Shown one piece after another: positions 53,201-64,000 of a stretch of 64,000 bases of DNA. The stretch lies in NCBI RefSeq assembly GCF_009914755.1, contig NC_060929.1, one strand, 5' to 3'. Positions within the stretch are counted from its first letter, which is position 1; every line of letters starts with the position of its first letter. The DNA is from the human T2T-CHM13v2.0 reference genome, Homo sapiens. Under the pieces are notes generated by a model that did not search any database, was not told the DNA's origin, and saw only the letters and a list, made by a program, of their open reading frames with translations. The translations under genes were made by a program, and so were the position numbers.

Positions 53201-54414
53201 GCAATACAAGTGAAAAACACCAACATAGGGGGAAATACTGGACCAATATCCCCCTGAAGCAGGAGAGAATAGGATCTAGCAGATCTTTGTATAAAATAGT
53301 GTTAACCAGTAGTTATCAGGATGTATGCATAGTAAGTGTAAGTCAACTACTTTCTTTTCTCAATTAAATATCTTTAGTAAAACTAAGTTTATGCCTATTA
53401 GAGGGAAACATATTAAAGGGAATCATAATTTTTCTACTCAATTAAAATTTCTCACTTTAATGGGTGAATCTAGAGAGATTTTCTTTCACAGACCTCTCAT
53501 TGAATTATTGGTTTCAACAATATATAAAGATGTCATACTGTCATTACACTTAAAATTTGCTAGAACACTAGGAGATCACAATGAAAAATGTTTGTTTTTC
53601 TATTCATGAGATGTTGACTCTGAAGGTTTCTTGAAACCTGTGGTAGTGGCCATCATATTTTCACCCTCACCATAGGGCCGAAATGCACCCTTTAGGAGTG
53701 TAGGTGAGGTAATATAGAAATCCAGGGTTGAGCAATAGGGTGAAGGTCCTACTTGGATGACATATGTATTTCTTGTCAACTCAACTGCCTTTCAACACGG
53801 AGCATGCTGGACACATGGATACACTAAACTGAATAGAAACAAAATATGTAAAATAAGCTGCTTATATTCAAATGCTGTTTATGGCTATGTCACTATAACT
53901 CATATTTTGAAGTCTAAAAAGATAGCTATTATTAAAACTTCCTGGCTTTGTAGCAGACATGGTTTTAAAATTTATACTAGAAATGAATAAAACTACTAAT
54001 GTGCCTTTTATGTGGAGGCAATTGAAAATACTAGGAAACCTATTTGTTGTAGTGGCGTTCATTCTGTTTAAGTGAGTTGAAGTCAGATAGAGGAAGTTTT
54101 AGGCAGAGATAACTAATGCAGACTCTTAAACTTTTGAAAAGTTAGTGAGAAAGGACATAGAAATTTCTCCTCTGGAGGACACTGAATAATACAGAGTTTG
54201 CAGACAAATGAGAACGGCAATTGATGACCTCTGCATGTTTCTTCAAACCTTAGGATTCTCTTCAGCTCTGTCCCAGAAGCGCTGTTTGCTGATGGCTGAA
54301 CTACTTTATTTCTCTACGCCTCATTTCTCTTCCTGATAAATTTGTGAATGTTCTTCTAACACATCTGGTGGAATGGTTGTTAAGAAAACCCACCCCTGAA
54401 GATTATTTTAACCG

Positions 54415-54456
54415 ACAGTTTTGATCCAAGAAAGTACAGTTTTGATCCAAGAAAGT
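54415..54456. repeat. Perfect 21-bp tandem duplication
   Basis: acagttttgatccaagaaagt twice. Confidence 0.95.
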
Positions 54457-54689
54457 TACATCACTTGACATTAAAACATTCCTATATTTTCACAAACCTC
54501 TTTCTCAGAAAATGAATGAGAAATATACTATTGTATTAAGAGCTAGTCATTATTACTTACCAATGCCATGGCAAGAAAGAAAGGAATAAAGTCAGCAAAA
54601 ATTTTCAAGTAACCAAATGTAGTTCACATAGGATTCCATTATCTTCCTTTTTTTGATTTAATCCAATCTTATTTCCACTATTCTCCAAA

Positions 54690-55030
54690 ACATGCCAACC
54701 TCTCCAAGTAGGACATTCTATTGCCAGAAATGTTCTTTCTGCTCTAACTTATGCAAATCCTATTCACTCTTCAAATCACTATCTCTCATTATATATTCTT
54801 TGGCTATTTCAGATCTCATTGATCTTTCTTTACTCACAAATCCAATAGGCTTTATAGTTTGCAGAATATTCTCCTAGATTTAATTACATAAGTTCAGTAG
54901 TGTTGACTAGAGTTTCAATTGTCATATTCTATCACCAACTATACTATAACCTCTTAAAAATACAGAATTCAATATCTCCATTGCACCTAGCACTGTGCCC
55001 TGCTACTGAAAATCCCTTGATAAATTCTCT
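54690..55030 (+). mobile_element. L2 3' relic
   Basis: 'ttctattgccagaaatgttctt...caaatcctattcactcttcaa...gcacctagcactgtgccctgc'. Confidence 0.55.
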
Positions 55031-55429
55031 CAATACACCAAATTAGTGATGAGATTTCTAAAGTAACACTTTGTGCATCTCTAAAGAGCGCTGTTTAGAT
55101 ATGGTTTAAATATATACCTTTTAAATCAACGTGTAACCTTTTGAAGCTTTAATAAGCTATGCTTTTAAGTATTGACTGCAGTTTGCATTTTTCAAAGAGC
55201 ACTGGCCTAGATAATTTGGATCAATTACCCTGAAAGTAGAATTAGCAGCCATTATTTATTTGTGAAGTCAGTGAAAAAGCTTTTAAAATCTCACAAAGAA
55301 ATACAATTTTATTCTTTAATCTTAAAATAATTCAGAAAAGATACAGCAAAAATAATTATCTACTTAGGGAATATTCCTTAATGCTCCAGGGTTATAAACA
55401 ATAAGCAAAGACATTCATTTAGAACAAAA

Positions 55430-55805
55430 ATCTTGAAAAGTATTAACGTGAATGAAGGTGTGTACATATCAAAAACCCACCTCTAAAAGAGAGATTGGAA
55501 TAATAGTATTACATATATTCAATGTTAACCTTAAAAACATACTATTATGAAAAATGGAAATATGAATGAGACAAATCAAAGTCAGGGTAGTAGTTCCCTG
55601 ATGAAATGGGGAAGGAACATAAGATTGGGGAAGGTTATTAAGAGTAATTCAACCATATCTGTATTGCTTATTTAAAAAGAAGAGATCTGAAACAAATGTG
55701 GCAAAAGGATAACATTTTTAAATTCTGAATTAACTACCAGATATGAATATTGTTATATTCCTAATACACTTTGTATATTGTGGTTTGATTTTTTTAATTA
55801 AAAAA
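55430..55805 (+). mobile_element. Old L1M (L1ME-like) 3' end relic
   Basis: 'caaagtcagggtagtagttccct...gatctgaaacaaatgtggcaaaa'. Confidence 0.45.
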
Positions 55806-56871
55806 TATTGGCATGTTACTTTTCAAGTTTCCTATTTTGACTAGAAAACCAAGATGGATAAATTCCTGAACACCTATACTCTCCCAAGTCTAAGCCAAAA
55901 AGAAATTCGTTCCCTGAACAGACCAATAATGAGCTCTGACATTGAGTCTGCAATAAATAGCCTACTAACAGAAAGCCCAGGACCAGTCAGATTCATAGCT
56001 AACTTCTACCAGGTGTTAAAAAGAAGACCTGGTACCATTCCTACTGAAACTATTACAGAAAATTGAGGAGGAGCATCTCCTCCATAACTAATTCTATGAA
56101 GCCAGCATCATCCTGATACAAAAACCTGACAGAGACACAGCACACACACACTTACACACACAAACTTTACGTCAATATCCTTGATGAACATCGATGCATA
56201 AATCCTCAACAAAATACCTACAAACTGAATCTAGCAGCATATCAAAAACTTAATCCACTATGATCAAGTAGGCTTTATCCCTGGGATGCAAGGTTGGTTC
56301 AACATATGCAAATCAATGAACGTGATTTATTACATAAGCAGAACTAATGACAAAAAAACACATGATTATATCAAAAGATGAAGAAAAGGCTTTAGATAAA
56401 ATTCAACATCCTTTTATGTTAAGAACTCAATAAACTAAGCATTGAAGGAACAAACCTCAAAATAATTAAAGGCATCTGCAACAGCCAACATCATACTGAA
56501 TGGGTAAAAGCAGGAAGCATTGCCCTTGAAAACTGGCCCAAGACAAGGATGCCATGTCTCACCATTCCTATTCAACATAGTATTGGCAGGACTGACCAGA
56601 GCAACCAAGCAAGAGAAAGAAATAAAGGGCATCCTAATAGGAAGAGAGACAGCTAAAATATCCCTGTTTGCTGACTACTTAATTCTATATCTAGAAAACC
56701 CCATAGTCTCAGCCCAAAAGCTCCTTCAGCTAATAAACAACTTCAGCAAAGTTTCGGGATACAAAATCAATGTAAAAAAATCACTAGTATTCCTATAGAC
56801 TAATAACAGCCAAGCTAAGAGCCAAATCAGGAACACAATTCCATTCACAATTGCCGTAAAAAATACTTAGG

Positions 56872-57233
<362 letters not shown>

Positions 57234-57899
57234 TCAACAAACTCAGAGGTGACACAAATAAATGGAAATACATCCTTGCTTACAGATAGGAAGAAACAAT
57301 ATCTTTAAAATAGCCATACTGCCCAAAGCAATTTACAGGTTCAATGCTATTTCTATCAAACTGCCAATGACATTCTACACAGAACTAGAAATAACTATTT
57401 TAAAATTCATATGGACGCAAAACTGAGTCCAAATAGCAAAGACAGTCCTAAGTAAAAACAACAAAGCAGGAGGCATCATGCTACCTGACTTGAAACTATA
57501 CCACAGGACTACAGAAACAAAAACAGTATGGTACTGGTCAAAAACAAGCACAAAGACCAATGGAACAGAATAGAGCCCAGTAATAAGGCTACATGCCTGC
57601 AACCTTATGATCTTCAGTAAAGCTGACAAAAACAAGCAATGGGTAAATGACTCCTTCTTCAATAAACAGTGCTAGAATAACTGGCTAAACATATGCAGAA
57701 GACTGAAACTGGATCACTTCCTTATACCATGCACAAAAATCAACTCAAGGTGGATTAAAGAGTTAAATGTAAAACCCAAAACTATAAAAACCTTGGAAGA
57801 CAACTTAGGCAATAACATTCTGGACATAGGAACTGTCAAATATTTCATGACAAAAATGCCAACTCAATCACAAGAAAAGCAAAAATTGAAAAATGAGTC

Positions 57900-58189
<290 letters not shown>

Positions 58190-59381
58190 TAAACTTAAGA
58201 TTTTCTGCACAGCAAAAGAAACTATCAACAGGGTAAACAGACAACCTGCAGCATGGGAGAAAATATTTGCTAACTATGCATCCGACAAAGGTCTAATATC
58301 CACCATGTAAAAGGAACTTAAACAAATTTACAAGAAAATAAAACCAAACGACCCCATTAAAAAGTGAGCAAAAGACATGAACAGTTTTCAAGAGACATAC
58401 ATGCAGCCAATAAGCACACATTTCCTCTTAACACCAGTATTAAAAACCTCACTATCACTGACTATTAGAGGAATGCAAATGGAAACCACAATGAGACACC
58501 ATCTCACACCAGTCAGAATGGCTACTAGTAAAATGTCAAAAAATAACATATGCTGGTGAGGTAGCGGAGAAGAGGAACACTTGTGCACTGTTGTTGGGAT
58601 GGTAAATTAGTTTAGCCATGTGAAAGACAGTGTGGTGATTCCTAAAAGAGCTTAAAAAAGAACTACCATTCAACCCAGCAATCCCATTACTGGGTATATA
58701 TCCAAAGGACTGTAAGTCATTCTACCATAAAGACACATGTACGACTATGTTAACTGCAGCACTATTTACAATTACAAAGACATGGAATCAATCTAAATAC
58801 TCATAAATGGCAGATTGAATAAAGAAAATGTGGTACATATACACAATGGTATAATATGCAGCTATAAAAACAGAACAAGATGATGTCTTTTGCAGGAACA
58901 TGGATGGAGCTGGAGGCCAGTATGCTTAGCAAACTAAAGCAGGAACAGAAAACCAAATAACACATGTTCTCACTTATAAGCATGAAGAAAATGATGAAAA
59001 TACATGGATACAAAGAGAGGAAGCACAAACAGTGGGAACTACTTGTGGGAGAGGGTGGGAGGAGGGAAAGGATCAGAAAAAATAGGAAAGGAAAGGAATA
59101 GAAAAAACAACTATTGGGTACAAGGCTTAGTACCTGGATGATAAAATAATCTGTACAACAAACCCCTATTACCTAAGTTTTCCTATATAACCTGCACATG
59201 TACCCTCAAAAGTAAAATAAAAGTTTAAACATAGTTCCCTATTTTGAAAGATTAGAGCAATATTTCATTGTTGATAGACCTTCAATAATAGTCAAATGTA
59301 CCTAATATATATTAAACATCTACATGGTTCTATGATACTAACATAAACCCATAGCCAATGAACTCTTATTGTCAAGAAGCT

Positions 59382-59466
59382 TATAGAGTAGAAGTAGAAT
59401 TAATTTAATAATTAATATAGAGTAGAAGTGAATTAGTAGAGTAGAAGTGAATTAATTTAATAATAT
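59382..59466. repeat. Compound short duplication
   Basis: tagagtagaagt three times and gaattaatttaataat twice. Confidence 0.8.
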
Positions 59467-59474
59467 AAAAATGA

Positions 59475-59808
<334 letters not shown>

Positions 59809-60266
59809 AAAGTCAAGAGTAATTTTAAAGGTAAAGTTGGGGTGAGATGAAGATTCTGGGGAAGATACAGCTGAACAAAAGCATATAGGAAACTCTATGT
59901 TTGGGAAAGAGTAAATCATATAATTCAGTTAAAAGACTCGTCACAATGTGGAAGCAGGGAGAAATTAAGCTGGCATGCTTCCTTGGGGCATCAAGCACAC
60001 ATTTTTCCCTACACACTGGTAGAAATAAAAACTGGACTCTAACTTCCAAATCAAAGTAAGAAATAAAAAACAAAACATTGTTTTCTAATATTTTTGTTAT
60101 ATATCATTTTCTTGATAAGAATCATACTCATTTTGGATTTTTTTTAAAAGAAGTTGGGGCACAGTTGAGTTTTGGGATAAATAATAGTTTTAAGCAAAAC
60201 ATAATATATCACAGCCTCCCACCTCTATGCATTAAGTTAGCAATATAATACTTAAGCAAAGACTAT

Positions 60267-60632
60267 TGTCTTAACTTGGGCTGCCACGACAAAATATCCT
60301 AGCCTGAGTGGCTTGAAGAACAGAAATTTATTTTCTCATTGTTCTGGAGGCTGTCATCAGTGTGCCAGAATGGGTTCTAGCAAGGGATCTCTTTGGGTAT
60401 GCAGATGCCCACCTTTTAACTGTGGCTTCACATGGCAAAGAAAGAGTGAGCAATCTCTCTGGCGTCTCTTCTTACATGGGCATTAATCACATCACAAGCA
60501 TCTCACTCTCATGACTTTATCTAAACCTAATGGCCTCCCAAAGGCCCCATCTTTGAATACTTAACATTGGAGGTCAAGACATTCATTTTAGCATGTTAAA
60601 TTTGGGGATACACAAATATTTAATCCATATTG
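60267..60632 (-). mobile_element. MLT1A-like MaLR LTR
   Basis: 'tgtcttaacttgggctgcc...aacagaaatttattttctca...cctcccaaaggcccca...cacaaatatttaatccata'. Confidence 0.88.
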
Positions 60633-60869
60633 ATAGGAAACCTATTCTTAGTAGACTTCAATATATCACTTTTAGTTTTTCTAGAAAAAAGCATGCAAAA
60701 TAATGCAGTATTATACTGTTTCTAAATAGATACAGATATGTGTACCTTAGAAACATAGATTATGCCTCTGTTCAAACATTCACTTAATATAGGTAATATT
60801 TGAATAAAAATTAGTCAACTCATTCTCAGAGCCAATTTAATGTAAAAGCTGATGCTGTCTACTATAGCA

Positions 60870-61078
60870 CAGCACTGTCCAATACAGCATTCTGCAATTA
60901 TGAAAGATTCTGTGACCACACTGGAGACTACTGTAAGCTACTAGCCACAGGTGGCTTTGGGGTATTTCAAATGTTGCTAGTGTGATTGAGGACCTGAAGT
61001 TTTCATTTTATTTGACTTTAATTAATTTACATTTAAATAACCACATGCAGGCTAATGGTTACTCTATTGAACAACCCA
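60870..61078. mobile_element. MER3 hAT DNA transposon
   Basis: 'cagcactgtccaata...ctactagccacaggtggct...aatgttgctagtgtgattgagga...ccacatgcaggcta...tattgaaca'. Confidence 0.85.
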
Positions 61079-62388
61079 CTTCCAGTATTTTATATGTTTT
61101 CATTTCCAAGCAGTTGAATTTTTAAATTGTTCCCATGTACTAATTTCAAGTTTTGCTTAAATATAGATATAAAAGTGGTATATATTATTTTGGAATTGGG
61201 GATTAATTAATACTTTATTTGTAGCTTAAAGTAGATTCTAGTTGTGTAAGTGTTCTTTGGATGCACACAGCTCACTGTATGTAACGTTTGTAACACTGGT
61301 CAATAGTAGCTCCACTGCTGAAAATGGAGTGGATATGATTACAAACACTTGGCACATTAATACCGTTGTGTTAAAAAAGATGCCTGACTTGATTCTATAC
61401 AACATGTTCATTTAAGGATATTTTCTCTTGAATAATTTTGTTAGGTCACCAAAGAAGAATTAAATGGTGCTTAGCTAACAACTAGGACAGAAGTCTTATT
61501 ACCCAAATGTTAGCCTAACAGATAAATATCATAATGTAAAGTTTCTTAGGTTTCTGAAAGCTAGTGAAAAACAATTTGAGGTTGTAAATATATTCCTTAT
61601 TCATTTATGAATATATCTCATGGATGTTAATATATTTTCCTGTCACCTGACTAAACAGAAAAGCAAGATATTTCAAATGTCTGAAACTTGAAATTGTACA
61701 ATAGCTGCACTGTTTATCTCTGATTAGTTTTAGAAAGTCGCAATTTATTGTGACAGTAATTTAAAGGAACTCTTTCAAGAGTAGTATTTTAAACCTAACA
61801 TTTAACATATTTCTCCTTGTAACACTTTTGCAATCATGTGTTCTCTTTTCAAATAAATGCAAACATGAATCTAAGCTATCAAGGAAATAAATGAACCAAA
61901 TCATACCACTGACCCATAAATGAAGCTGCTATCATAACAATTGAATTTACATCATTTAGGAAAAACATGCACATTCAGATGTGGTCAGGAAAACAGCATA
62001 GCTACAAATGATATGTGAAAACTAGGGTGGCTATAATATTTCAGAAACATCAAAAGCAATTTGAGTAGTTTTTAAGAATAAAAATAATTGTAGACTAAGT
62101 AATTAAGCTACAGAGCATTCAAAATACAAATGTACAGTGGGTAGAGGTATTTTCTAAAAGTGTGAACCAAGTATAAATCTTAACTTTTCAATATTTCCTG
62201 AGGATAAGAAATTGAGAACCACCTCATGGTATTTTCATATACATCGTAAGCATTGTCAAATAAACATTAGTAACATCAGAAATTACTCTCACCTTTATTT
62301 TCACTGTTTTACCTTTTTACCTTGATAAAGCCTACATATTGTCCCAGATAAATGTAAGGTTAGATTCATATCAACAGGCATTAGCTTT

Positions 62389-62412
62389 TGTGTGTGTGTG
62401 TGTGTGTGTGTG
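62389..62412. repeat. (TG)n microsatellite
   Basis: About 12 TG units. Confidence 0.9.
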
Positions 62413-62543
62413 CACATGTGCACTTATATGTGTGTGTATTTGTATTATATACATATATTTTTAACCATGAAATCATGCCTATTTACCTGGGTGTGTTATT
62501 TGTATAAAGGTTAAAAACATAATTTTAAAAATTAAGCTACTAT

Positions 62544-62871
<328 letters not shown>

Positions 62872-62959
62872 TTACTTCCTATAATCTGCCTTATAAGATC
62901 TTAGAGAGGAGTTTGTTGTGTATTATATAAGTCATTTGTTTGTCAAATTTCATATTAAA

Positions 62960-63320
<361 letters not shown>

Positions 63321-64000
63321 CATATTTATATTTTTTATAAAAACCTAAACCTGGAAATAAGGCATGAAAGGGCTGCATGAACTTTCAATGCCATGTTAGA
63401 GCACAATCACACTAGGTCACCAGGCTTTCTAAGGGAATAAAACTTCTATAACTTACTGTTTAATTTTACCCAGGAGCTGGATTCTGTAAAGTTACAAGAA
63501 AACGTGAAGCAAATTGATAATATGCAAGTTATTTTTGTCTGATAGGATGCAATTGATTTCTGCCTTGTAAAGAAGATAATTCATGTGTTTATGATATTCT
63601 TAATCATTTTTTAAAAAACTAACAAAGCTACCCTTTTCCACAAACTGTTATTTTAATATGCCACTGTGGTTTTTTTAATATTCTCTCTTGAACTATTTTT
63701 TTTTTTGCAATTCTGTTGGCTTACTATTGATGACTTAAAACCTTGACATGCTTGCTATGAATTTATGACAGTTATGCTTTTAACATTTTGTTTTTGATCA
63801 CGTATTTTGTTGGTGAGATTATTTTAAAGCTAGTAGAATTCAGCTAATGAAATGCTTGGCGATATGTATCATTAGGAGGAAACATAAGGTTAAGTGATAC
63901 TTGAGACTGAGGTAAGCTGAGAAAGAGTATCATCTCTGTGTGAAATAGCTTACAATTCTCCACACCATCTGTTCATCACAATCAATGCAATGACCGTCAG

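Overview
AT-rich, CpG-depleted primate (very probably human) intronic or intergenic DNA. It is largely a fossil record of transposable elements. There are 12 substantial Alus (J/S/Y). A ~14 kb L1 cluster (33.7-47.6 kb) holds a twin-primed 5'-inverted L1, an older L1 host, a near full-length L1PA8A-like element, a nested L1PA3-like stub and a MER9 (HML-3) solo LTR with a perfect 6-bp TSD. The rest includes two further + strand L1s, MaLR/ERV LTRs (THE1, MLT1, MER67, MER31), DNA transposons (Charlie1, MER20, MER5, MER3, Tigger4a), MIR/L2 relics, microsatellites and a 36-nt 3'-truncated U2 snRNA retrocopy inside a MIR. I recognise no protein-coding gene; the supplied ORFs are repeat-derived or chance. 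I found no convincing new biological system. The best leads are an unassigned exon-like unique segment at ~10.4-10.7 kb and the fact that all five closely spaced Alu pairs are inverted. Repeat subfamily names come from recalled consensus sequences and need RepeatMasker/Dfam confirmation; boundaries of old repeats are approximate.
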